DNA from: Octopus vulgaris
Lineage: Eukaryota
Assembly: GCA_951406725.2 (NCBI GenBank)
Contig: OX597830.1
Span: forward strand, 72,974,001 to 73,038,000
Direction of reading: 5' to 3'
DNA length: 64,000 nt
Made by a program: the position numbers and the translations under genes
Shown here: piece by piece, positions 53,133 to 64,000 of the stretch
Position numbering within the stretch: position 1 is the first letter of the stretch
Layout: each line of letters starts with the position of its first letter
Notes under the pieces: generated by a model
Told to the model about the DNA's origin: nothing
Seen by the model: the letters and a program-made list of their open reading frames with translations, nothing else
The model's database searches: none

Positions 53133-53462
53133 ATGTGAAGGCGCCTGGCTTAGTGGTTAGGGCATTCGGCTCACGATTGTAAGGTCGTGAGTTCGATTCC
53201 CGGCGACGCATTGTATCCTTGAGCAAGACACTTTATTTCACGTTGCTCCAGTCCACTCAGCTGGCAAAAATGAGTTGTATCTGTATTTCAAAGGGCCGGC
53301 CTTGTCACACTCTGTGTCATGCTGAATCTCCCCGAGAACTACGTTAGGGGTACGCCAGTCTGTGGATTGCTCAGTCACTTGCACGTTAATTTCACGAGCA
53401 AGCTGTTCCGTTGATCGCATCAGCTGGGATCGTCGTCGTCGTAACCGACGGAGTGCTCCTAA
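53133..53462 (+). mobile_element. Full-length SINE group A' (CORE/V-like middle) with tail type 2
   Basis: B box GAGTTCGATTCCC, TCCTTGAGCAAGACACTTT; 12-bp TSD ATCTCTTACCTA at 53121-53132 and 53463-53474. Confidence 0.92.
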
Positions 53463-53611
53463 ATCTCTTACCTATTTGATAGAACTATATTTATTAATAC
53501 CTTGTGTTAAACTGTTATTGTTCTGCTACGCAGTCTTGGGCACACACACACATATAATTTGTATATATGTGGGAATGTTTATATAAAATATATTTCGATG
53601 AAACTTTTTTA

Positions 53612-53798
53612 TTCAGAGTGACCCAAAAGCAGGTTTACAGTTTTCATGTTGGCACTTTAAATTTCTTTTTAAATATCTTATTACATTTCAATTTCTATAT
53701 TACAATTAACTAAATTAGCATAGAATAATGGTTTCATATTTTTTTATAATTAATATCAAAACTTAATAACTGTAAACCTACTTTTGAGCCACCCTATA
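53612..53798. mobile_element. Tc1/mariner-type MITE
   Basis: ~29-bp imperfect TIRs CAGAGTGACCCAAAAGCAGGTTTACAGTT / AACTGTAAACCTACTTTTGAGCCACCCTA ending in TA. Confidence 0.75.
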
Positions 53799-54009
53799 TA
53801 TGAAAATACGCATATATGACAATTGCCTCTACTATTAGCATTAAGGTTTTTATCAGAATTTTCAGTTATCGATACCAACTTAATCTCTGTATGTATTTCA
53901 TTCTACCACTATCTCAACCAGACTATCAGATAGTATCATGCCTCGCTCATCACGATGCTCTTCTAATTCCTTCTTGATTACATAATTCTTTATCGTTTTA
54001 GTTCAAATC

Positions 54010-54740
54010 GTTTAACTGAATCGTCTTCTCATCCTCGTTGTGGTATTCCAAATGGCTCCTTCCATAGCTTGGATACCACTCGGCAACTGCTCAAGCCACT
54101 TGTTGTCTGTGAGCCTTGTTTGTTCCTTCCCGAGCCATGTCTGGCTCATAAGGGCCGGTTTCCCGGTATAGGTTCCCCCACTTGGACGGGACGCCGGTCC
54201 GTCGCAGGTGAGATGCAAGATGCAGGAGGAAAAAGTGAGAGAAAATTGTGACGAAAGAGTCAGCAGAAGCTCGCCATTACCTTCTGCCGGAGCTGCGTGG
54301 AGCTTAGGTATTTCGCTCATAAACATGCACACCGCCCGGTCTGAGATTCGAACCCGCGATCCCTCGACTGCGAGTCCGCTGCTCTAACCACTAGGCCATG
54401 TGCCTCCACTGGAAGCCATGTGACATATCCCATCCAAAGGAAGTTGTACTTTCAGTATTCTACGATTACGTCGTTCACTCCTCTCCGTGCTCGAATTATT
54501 TCAGTTCCGCTATGCTCTTGTACTGATATTCCGAGAGCATGGATCTTTCTATGACCATTTGCTTCGTAGCCAATCGATTTCCTTCGTCTTCGCAGTAGCC
54601 CACGTCTCACTTACGTATAACAGCGCAAGTAGGATGCAGTTAGTGAAGAGCCCGGGACGTATGGTCTTGTCCAGCACATCATTTATAAGGGTAACTCGTT
54701 TCATCACAACACTTTCTCCTCCAGAATACAGCAATCATGT
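54010..54740 (-). mobile_element. RTE-clade LINE C-terminal remnant interrupted by a SINE
   Basis: LDKTIRPGLFTNCILLALLYVSETWAT...GYVT | RLTDNKW..AVAEWYP..PFGIP matches RTE LYASETW...WAGHVAR..DNRW....EWYP...R..GRP. Confidence 0.85.
54116..54409 (-). mobile_element. SINE group A, tail type 1
   Basis: Reverse complement of 687-993. Confidence 0.92.
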
Positions 54741-54892
54741 TTCGATATATATATAAATATATACTATATATAAATATATACTTGGCAGTGCTGAAAAGTT
54801 CCGTCTGGATTCTTTTACAGGACTTAGAAAAACTGAAGGACCGTTACAATAACTTTAGGCTTTGTGTCTATAATAGAAAGGATAATCATTGC

Positions 54893-54949
<57 letters not shown>

Positions 54950-55318
54950 GTTTTTTCCTTCATTCTTCAAATTTTCTTCCGTTTCTCGCCGGGTGTTTTC
55001 CATACACCTAGGGCAGAGAAGCTCATTGTATGCATTCCCAGATTACACGCGCAAATTCACAGATAAAATATGTATTTAAAAATTAATAAATAAATAAATT
55101 CATAGATGGATGTTGTTTTCACAGCGATAATGCTCTTCTCAGTATATGAGCCGTTCCAGTTAACACGATTTTTTGCACTTCCTGTAGGGATGGTAAGCCT
55201 GGAATCATTTTCAAATAGGTTTCAGTACCTTTTTTTTATCATTCCTAGAGATCCTACAATCACTGGTACTGTAGTTGCCTTGAGATGCCACATTTTTTTC
55301 AATGTCTATTAGCAAGAC
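54950..55318 (-). mobile_element. 5'-truncated R4/Dong-like (RLE) non-LTR retrotransposon inserted in (TAA)n
   Basis: LLIDIEKMWHLKATTVPVIVGSLGMIKK.TETYLKMIPGLPSLQEVQKIVLTGTAHILRRALSL* (two homopolymer frameshifts) plus 3' UTR; (TAT)n on both sides. Confidence 0.85.
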
Positions 55319-55334
55319 TTTATTATTATTATTA

Positions 55335-55399
<65 letters not shown>

Positions 55400-55400
<1 letters not shown>

Positions 55401-55610
55401 GTTAGCCAGCGAGCTGCCGAAAGCCTTAGCAGGTCAGCCACAATGGCATTTCGTACGTTCTTCTTTACATTATGAATTCAAATTCCATCTAGGTTGACTT
55501 TGCCTTTCGTCTTTTCAGGTTCGATAACATAACTACCAGTTGAACATTGGGGCCGATGTAGATGTAAATTGTCTGAACTAAATTTCAGGCCTTGTGCCGA
55601 TAATAGAAAG
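55400..55610 (+). mobile_element. Degraded SINE group C
   Basis: GGTTGACTTTGCCTTTCGTCTTTTCAGGTTCGATAA core. Confidence 0.75.
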
Positions 55611-55994
55611 TATCATTTATTGGCAAAGGTATACTTCTTACAACGGGTAGCATTTTTGTAAATGCATAAACATAGATTCGCATATCTGATCATATCACTC
55701 AACATAAACTTCGGAAATGTATATTTACCGCTTATTTTATTTATCTTTTTATTTATATTCTTTACTATTTATTTATTTATTTATTATTTTTTTGCGTCTT
55801 GTAATAGTTTTTCATTCCTTTATTCCTGTATTCGGGTTTATGATCAAAGAGGGAAGAATGTGCATTAAGCCAAGAAAGAAAAACACGAGACACGTTGACC
55901 CCTCCCAGACACACGCCCATACACAAACATCCGCGCTGAAGCACGCATGCGTGACACACAAAAGTACTCTTAGGCCATTTCTATACTTACGAGC

Positions 55995-56410
<416 letters not shown>

Positions 56411-56631
56411 TGAACTTAAGAGAAAGCTACAGAGAGCGATTGAGTTGCTATTCTTTGGTCATTAGCATCAAAGCGTGGAAGAAAATGGCTACCGTCTGGC
56501 CAGATTATTTTTTTAGAAATCGTGTGAAGTTCTGTATACATTTCTGCTTACGTTTGCGGAAAATGTTCTCTTCATAGAAGGAGGAATTACCAACTTTTGC
56601 ACTCGCTCTTGTTTTTGCTGTTGTACTTCCT

Positions 56632-56684
<53 letters not shown>

Positions 56685-57286
56685 TATTGTTGTTGCTGTT
56701 CTTCTTGTTGTTGTTGATGATTTGTTACTATGGTTTTTTTGCCGCCGGCTGTTGTTTTAACCTCTTGCAAAATGGTGTCTCGCGAAATAGCCCTCCTTTA
56801 CATCCACCAGCAATGATAATAATCTATCGGTCCTACGAAAACCATTAGTAATATACAAAACCGTAAAACTTCTCCTCGACAACAGCAAAAGCAACAACAA
56901 CAACGACAACAACAACAACAACAGTAACAAACACAATCCGCAAACCCCCGTCTGTTCCTCTAACTTTCCGTACAACAGGGTTTATAAGGTGAGAGAGAGA
57001 GAGAGAGAAAGAGAAAGAGAGAAAGAAACAAGTAGAGGTGTGTACATTAAAAAATAAATAAATAAAGAGTTACTCCGCCCATCTTACGAAGAATTAATTA
57101 GCGTTGATTGCTTTGTCATCGCTGTTTTATATGTTTGTTTTTATAGTTTATATTGAGGTTCTTGGTGCTTAATGCTAGACATTTCCTCCTTTTTTTCTAT
57201 TCTATATTTTTTCTGTTTTTTTTATATGTGAGTTGTGTTGAAATTTTAACAATATCATTCAATATTATTATTAATAATTTCATTAT

Positions 57287-57660
57287 GGTTACGAGCTGGC
57301 AGAAGCGTTACCACGCCGGGCGAAATGCGCAGCCGTATTTCGTCTGCCGCTACGTTCTGAGTTCAAATTCCGCCGAGGCTGACTTTGCGTTTCATCCTTT
57401 CAGGATCGATTAAATAAGTACCAGTTACGCACTGGAGGCTATATAAACGACTTAATCCGTTTGTCTGCCCTTGTTTGTCCCCTCTGCGTTTAGCCCCTTG
57501 TGGGTAGTAAAATAGGTAGTTCGTCTGCCGTTACGTACTAAGTTCAAATTCCGACGAGGCTGACTTTGCGTTTCATCCTGTCAGGGTCGATAAATTTAGT
57601 ACCAGTCAAGTGCTAGTGTCCATATAATCGACTATCCCTCTCCATACAAACTGCAGGCCT
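57287..57660 (+). mobile_element. SINE group C dimer
   Basis: Second body starts after AAAATAGG|TAGTTCGTCTGCCG. Confidence 0.87.
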
Positions 57661-57915
57661 GGAGGATCGCGGTTTCGATTCCCAGACCGGGCTTTGTGTG
57701 TGTTTATTGAGCGAAAACACCTCGAGGCTTCAGCAGGGGGTGGTGGTGACCCCTGTTGTACTATCGCCACAACTTTCTCTCACTCTCTCTTCCTGTTTCT
57801 TAAGTAACGCTGGTATGGACTGACATCCAGTCCAACTGAGTGTGGGAGAGCACATACGCTATAGAAACCGGGAAACCGGGCCCATGAGCCTGGCTAGGCT
57901 TGAAAAGGGCGACGT
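57661..57915 (+). mobile_element. 5'-truncated SINE group A with variant tail
   Basis: GGATCGCGGTTTCGATTCCCAGACCGGGC then GAAACCGGGAAACCGG tail motif. Confidence 0.8.
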
Positions 57916-57985
57916 TTATCATTTCTGTCGTACTTCTACTTCCTAATTTTCTTCGTTGTCTTTCTTTTCCCATTCTTCTTCTTCT

Positions 57986-58372
<387 letters not shown>

Positions 58373-58872
58373 CTCTCATTCTCTTAAGATAGAGTCTCTT
58401 TAGCGCAGGAAATTCCAACTAATTATGTTATGCTACAGAGTATATTTAGTACATTTGTAATTTAGATAAGATTTCATGCTAGACGATTCTTGTTCTTCTA
58501 CGCATTTATTTATATATGCATTTATTTATATGCATATTTTTTATGTGGGATTGTTTTCGTCTTTATCGTTCTTTTCTTTTCTTTTTTTAAAGATGATAAG
58601 AATTCTTTACTTTGCTTTCTTTCATTTTTTCTTCTTAGTTGGCTGGATATTTGAGACAATCGAGGCCTACCATTTTCATTTTTATTCTTTTATTTTCTTT
58701 GCTCCCTCATTTCTTTTCTAACAACGGAGATATGCAGAGCACTCTCGCGACGCTTCATCTTTGTCTCCATTCATCAGCATCTAACTTGCACTTGTAGCAA
58801 CGGGTATGATGACGGTTAGGCCAAATATACAATTCGATGATCAGAATCACTAGTTCGTCAGCAGTTAATAAT

Positions 58873-59057
58873 CCTTTCTACTAAAGGCACAAGGGGTGGA
58901 ATTTTGGGGAAGCAACTAGTCGCTTTAATTTATCAACGCCGAAAGGATGACAGGCAAAGTCGACCTCGGCGGAATTTGAACTCAGAACGTAGCGACGGGC
59001 GAAAACCGCTAAGCATTTCCTCCAGCATACTAACGATTCTCCCAGCCCACCACCTTC
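58873..59057 (-). mobile_element. SINE group C
   Basis: 15-bp TSD TCAGCAGTTAATAAT at 58858-58872 and 59058-59072. Confidence 0.9.
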
Positions 59058-59280
59058 TCAGCAGTTAATAATGTCACCACTGCTTTGAATCAGAGTCTTT
59101 GATCATGGCTTCAAAAAACTCCTTTGGTTCATACACCCATAAGTTAGATTCCAGACGGTGCGTACTAGGTTGTGATTGTTATTGTAGACATGTATGACGT
59201 ACAATTCTATATTTGCATGTATATGTGTGCAGGTGTATATATATTTGTATATAATATGTATATCTATTTATCTATATATA

Positions 59281-59760
59281 TACAGGGGTTGGGCAAAATA
59301 ATGGAAACACCTTAAAATTTCAAACAAATTTGATTTAATATGGGTAGGACCGCCTTTGGTAATAATTACAGCTTGAAATCTACGTGGTATGAACTCGTAC
59401 AAAGTTTGAATTGTTTCCAAAGGAATTTTTTGTCCATTCTTCAGCTAAAACAGTCTCCAGTTCTTGTAATGATGATGGTAGAGGATATCAACTCCTTACT
59501 TGTTTTTCTAAAATGCACCATAAATGTTCAATAGTATTGAGATCTTGGGACTGTGGTGGACAGAAAAGATGTTCAACTTCACTACAACAATAAATTTTTC
59601 TGTGGGAATTGGTGGAATATTATCCTGAAATATTGTCTCTCCCTCCGGAAACAGTTCCGCAAACATAGGATGAATTTGTTCAGATAAAATGATTAGATAG
59701 TCTTGAAGATTTATTCCGCCATGAAGGAAAACCATTGGGCCGGTGGATTTCCAAGATATA
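59281..59760 (-). mobile_element. Tc1-like transposon 3' part with TIR; transposase pseudogene
   Basis: ISWKSTGPMVFLHGGIN..DYLIIL...IFQDN...PPQSQDLNTIEHLW matches Tc1 FQQDN/WPPQSPDLNPIEHLW; TA-CAGGGGTTGGGCAAAATAATGGAAACACC end. Confidence 0.92.
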
Positions 59761-59969
59761 TGGTTATACTGGACACTGCTCTAATCTGGCCAACCCCAAG
59801 AAAAAAAAGCACTAGAATTCTTGGAAGATAGCTACGAACGTATACAAAAACAAGGACGGGGAAAAAACGGAGAAATGGTACACAAATACAAATACAAACA
59901 ACAGAACATTAACAACAGGTGTCTTTCGACTAAAGACGATTTAAATTAAGCTGGCGTATATATGTATAT

Positions 59970-60012
<43 letters not shown>

Positions 60013-60015
<3 letters not shown>

Positions 60016-60190
60016 AGAGTTTACGAAAAAACAAAAGACGAAGACAAGTGGTGTTCAAAACAAACAGACGTATTAGTATAACGCTCAGGAATAGAAAAAG
60101 TCTTTTACGTTTCGAGCCTACGCTCTTCTACTGAAAGTGACACAGAAAAAACAAGGAGAGAAAAAAATGTGTGTAGTGGTTAGCGATCTA
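60013..60190 (-). mobile_element. (TA)n-flanked short element with minimal hammerhead variant (motif 60102-60137)
   Basis: CTTT CAGTAGA A GAGC gtag GCTC GAAA CG TA AAAG. Confidence 0.7.
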
Positions 60191-60950
60191 ATATATATAT
60201 ATATATATCGTAATACATTATGCATATATGAAAGTGTTTGTATTTGTATATATGTAATTATGTATGTATGAGTGAATATATGCATATGACCATAGTATTT
60301 CATAAAGAAATGTAGTTCAAAGACTTTCAACCAAGCAAGACATTGGATCACTATCGAACAATAACAAGGGACCAATGCGCAAGATAAACAAATAGCGTCG
60401 TTGAATAACCAATCAGGACTGGAACGTAGATCTAAAAACCTACATATACAAAACGATATCAAATTGAAAGGTATTTGCAGTTTTACATTCGAACAAACAA
60501 AGTAAACGATACAACACTTCAAAGCTTGTTAAAATATTTTTCTTGTACTTAAATTCTTCTTCACATATATTTGCAAACATAATTTATTGGTATAATCTTT
60601 TTGAGATTTTAGACTTCTATTATATGTTTTTGCTATGAGATATATCAAACATTTGAACTTTCATCATTTCTCATTGTTGTAAGCACTTCAATTTTCATCA
60701 TGTAATTATGTTATGACACTCGTTGAACGTTTGATTTTTAAACATATTTTATTGTGCATTCTATTTTTTTTTAATTTGCCATTATAAAACAAAATTAAAC
60801 AAATAAGTTTAACAAATTTGAAAATATTCGATTTCAAAACAAAATACATTTAGAAACTCTAACCAGTTTTCTTAGACTTATATTACTAATTGTGAGAAAG
60901 GACTTTTTTCCTTTATACATATGTGTGAGTGTGTGAATACATACATACAT

Positions 60951-61360
60951 GGTGGCTGCCCCTCGTTATCGAGTATGGCCATTGCACGAAGCTTAATCAA
61001 TGTTGTTATAGTGCAATGCCTGTGCAAGGGAATTTTTTTTTAAAGTGAGGAAAGGCTGTGCACTGAGTCAATCCCACTCACTAAGCAACAGTAGCCATAA
61101 TCCGAAAAGAAGAACAAGTCAACATCATCGGTAACCACTGAACCGCAGGTTTTATGTCGGAGACATTTATTGGATGGCCGTTCACACTTAAGAGTTCCTC
61201 TGCCCTTTGACGGGTTTTGTTTTTCATCCCGCAGGGTGCCCAATAAACACCCTCCTCACCAAGCAAGCTTGGTGGGGTTGCCGGTTTAGTCGCCGACGAC
61301 CCGATCATGCAACAGGTTGTACTGGGTTACATGTTACCAGGAGCACTCGAAAGTGACCTG
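60951..61360 (-). mobile_element. ~410-bp non-autonomous RTE-related element inserted in (CATA)n
   Basis: No tRNA boxes; RTE-like 3' end GGCCATACTCGATAACGAGGGGCAGCC; ACATACATAC on both flanks; structured 5' end. Confidence 0.6.
61281..61358 (-). ncRNA. HDV-like ribozyme fold (degenerate)
   Basis: P1 GGTCAC/ATGATC, P2 CCAGT/ACCGG, P3 ACA/TGC, L3 ACCTGT, P1.1 CC/GG, P4 TCG-tcgg-CGA, J4/2 CTAA in the correct order; three A.C mismatches. Confidence 0.55.
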
Positions 61361-61419
61361 ACACATACATACAAGCATACATACATACATACATACATAT
61401 ATATTTTCTTTTTTTTTAA

Positions 61420-61466
<47 letters not shown>

Positions 61467-61468
<2 letters not shown>

Positions 61469-61779
61469 CATCTTGTTCACCATGACCGACCAGACTATCA
61501 GATGTTGCTATACATCGGTGGTCACAATGCGCTGCGCATTGTTTTAACCTTCAAATGACGCCACCGAGTTGGCTAAGCGAGCAGGCCGACAGAAGAAAAA
61601 GTGAGAGAAATTTGTGGCGAAAGAGTACAGCAGGGATCGCTACCACCCCCGGCCGGAGCCTCGTGGAGCATTAGGTGTTTTCGTTCAATAAACACTCACA
61701 ACACCCGGATTGGGAATCGAAACCGCGATCCTACGACCGCGAGTCCGCTGCCCTAACCACTGGGTCATTGCGCCTCCAC
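61467..61779 (-). mobile_element. SINE group A with tail type 3
   Basis: Same head and middle as 50369 but an unrelated 3' ~130 bp; a fragment of this tail is also at ~53905-53960. Confidence 0.88.
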
Positions 61780-61792
61780 ACACACACACATT

Positions 61793-61822
<30 letters not shown>

Positions 61823-61823
<1 letters not shown>

Positions 61824-61971
61824 TTTCTCTCCTTGTCTTTTCTGTGTACCTTTCTGTAGAAGAGCGTAGGATCGAAACGTAAAATACTATTTCTATTCCT
61901 GAGCGTTATACTAATACATCTCTTTGTTTTGTACACCACCTGTCTTCGTCTTTTGTTTTTTCGTAAACTTT

Positions 61972-61975
<4 letters not shown>
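61823..61975 (+). mobile_element. (TA)n-flanked short element with minimal hammerhead variant (motif 61850-61885)
   Basis: CTTT CTGTAGA A GAGC gtag GATC GAAA CG TA AAAT; inverted relative to 60013-60190. Confidence 0.7.
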
Positions 61976-62020
<45 letters not shown>

Positions 62021-62149
62021 AGGTGCGGAAGGCATATATTGGTTAATTAAACAAGACAGCTTTAATCTAGTAAAATAAGGACTAATCAAACATATTTTAA
62101 GAAAAGAAATGTGCACATGTTCTCGATAAAGATTTTTGTAAGAATATTC

Positions 62150-62180
<31 letters not shown>

Positions 62181-62725
62181 GCGAACATATAAGCGTTCAA
62201 TTTTAAGAGCAAGTTCAAAGTTTATCAATCAACCATGAACTCTCTTTACATGCAATGGTTCGAAGGTAATGTCAATATTTTTAAAATGATAAATATATAC
62301 GTATTAGCAAATACACATAATTACACACGCATATTTAAATGTGTGCATAAATATATATACTCACACATGCATAAATGTAAATACATTTGTGTGTGTGAGA
62401 GAGAGGGGGGAGGTGGGAGAGAGTCGTGAAAAAAATGACGGACGTAAAATATCATTAAAATATAATACAAACACTCGGTTCTCGTAAATAAGTACTTGTT
62501 CGATAGTTCATGAATACCTCTTTCTTGCTTACTTCCAAAGAAGTCTCTCATTAAATTAGTCTTAACATGTTAAGCAAATCTCATTATAGAAAGTAAATAT
62601 ATACGGTCATTAACACATGTATAGCGAAATACACACCTTCACACATGCATACGGTCATATATGTGCAAGCATAATTTTATATGATCAATGACAGGGATAA
62701 TCATGTGATATTGAACGAAACATAG

Positions 62726-62890
62726 AGGCGTAAGAGTGGCTGTGTGGTAAGTACCTTCCTTACGAACCACACGGTTCCGGGTTCAGTCCCATTGCGTAGC
62801 ACCTTGGGCAAGTGTCTTCTACTATAGCCTCGAGCCGATCAAAGACTTGCGAGTGGATTTGGTAGACAGAAACTGAAAGAAGCGCGTCGT
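62726..62890 (+). mobile_element. SINE group B, 5' half
   Basis: Head and core present; ends in (TA)n. Confidence 0.85.
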
Positions 62891-62897
62891 ATAAATG

Positions 62898-62945
<48 letters not shown>

Positions 62946-63229
62946 GCAAGATTTTTTATGTGAAGTCGTGTGTTGAAACAGATATTGTTATATTTCGGAA
63001 TGGTCATTTTGCCAGTTTAGCCACTAAATAAACATAGACGCACATAGAGATATAAGCATGCGCAAATGAAGACATACTATAGAAATACAAAATGGCTGAC
63101 GGTTAGTAAGGAGAGACACAAATAAGAAATAAGAAATTAAATGTCTAATGTGGACCCTCTGGGGTCATATGGATCACGGTTGAGAACCACTGGTTTAAAC
63201 GAACAAATATACACCAGTAATTCTGCTGT

Positions 63230-63407
63230 AATGCCTGGCAGTTATTTTATCGGTCTCTGATGTCGAACTTCTAATTTATAAGGATGTAAATATATTAACG
63301 TCGGTTATCAATCAGTGATGGGGATCAAACCTAGACACAAAGATTTCCTCCAGAAATACACTCAGATATAGACAGATAGATAGATAGATAGATAGAGAAA
63401 TAGATAT

Positions 63408-63456
<49 letters not shown>

Positions 63457-63620
63457 CGGACGGTGAACCTCCATGCATTTTGCATCAGCACATCCACTCA
63501 CAAGCCTCTAATCGACCCGAGCTACAGAAAAAAACTCTTACCCGATGGTGTCATGCAGTGGGGCTGAACCGGGAACCATATAGCTGGGAAGTAAAAGTCT
63601 TACCGCACAGCTACACCTAA
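63230..63620 (-). mobile_element. Old degraded SINE group B with internal (GATA)n
   Basis: ATCCACTCACAAG...GCAGTGGGGCTGAACCGGGAACCA segments. Confidence 0.65.
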
Positions 63621-64000
63621 GACTATTATTGAAAAACAAAAAAAGCTGTAGTACCATTATTTTTTCAATATAACTTATTGTCGTTCATACATAAAAACCC
63701 TAAAATAATTAATATGATGCATCATTTATAGGAAATAATATCAATCAAAGCAAAATTGAACATAATTTTGTTGATATGCATTAAAACCATTTAATATCCC
63801 ATGCAGTTTTGATAATCGCTTTTGGAACAACGTGAAATATTACAGTTTCCAATGAAAAAACATATGAGGAATTATTGAGAATAAAATTTTCTCTCTTAAG
63901 CTCTTTATAAATAAGAAAGAAAGAAAATAAATGAATCTGCGTAAGAAGCAAAACTGTGATTAAATTTATTATTTTACTTTGCAAGGCGGAACCGCGTCCG

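Overview
Very AT-rich eukaryotic non-coding DNA, intronic or intergenic, full of microsatellites. The SINE families and repeat landscape look like an octopus or other coleoid cephalopod genome (inference). I recognise no intact host protein-coding gene: almost all listed ORFs are read-throughs of simple repeats. The window contains (i) three tRNA-derived SINE groups, several with clean TSDs, modular tails and tandem multimers; (ii) decayed RTE, CR1-like and R4/Dong LINE pieces, mariner/Tc1 fragments, MITEs, a Helitron deletion derivative and a Penelope-like GIY-YIG remnant; (iii) a 26-bp minisatellite with a strand flip. The most interesting signal is a dense set of self-cleaving ribozyme folds read by eye: about a dozen type I hammerhead motifs, many with non-canonical cores, and one HDV-like fold. 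The best locus is 38851-39689, where two ~260-bp direct repeats each carry a canonical minus-strand hammerhead. The cleavage sites are 574 nt apart and enclose a degenerate plus-strand hammerhead, giving a retrozyme-like, possibly ambisense unit. A second notable locus is a ~455-bp foldback (44559-45014) whose turn coincides with a hammerhead. All folds were paired manually; none was computed or tested.
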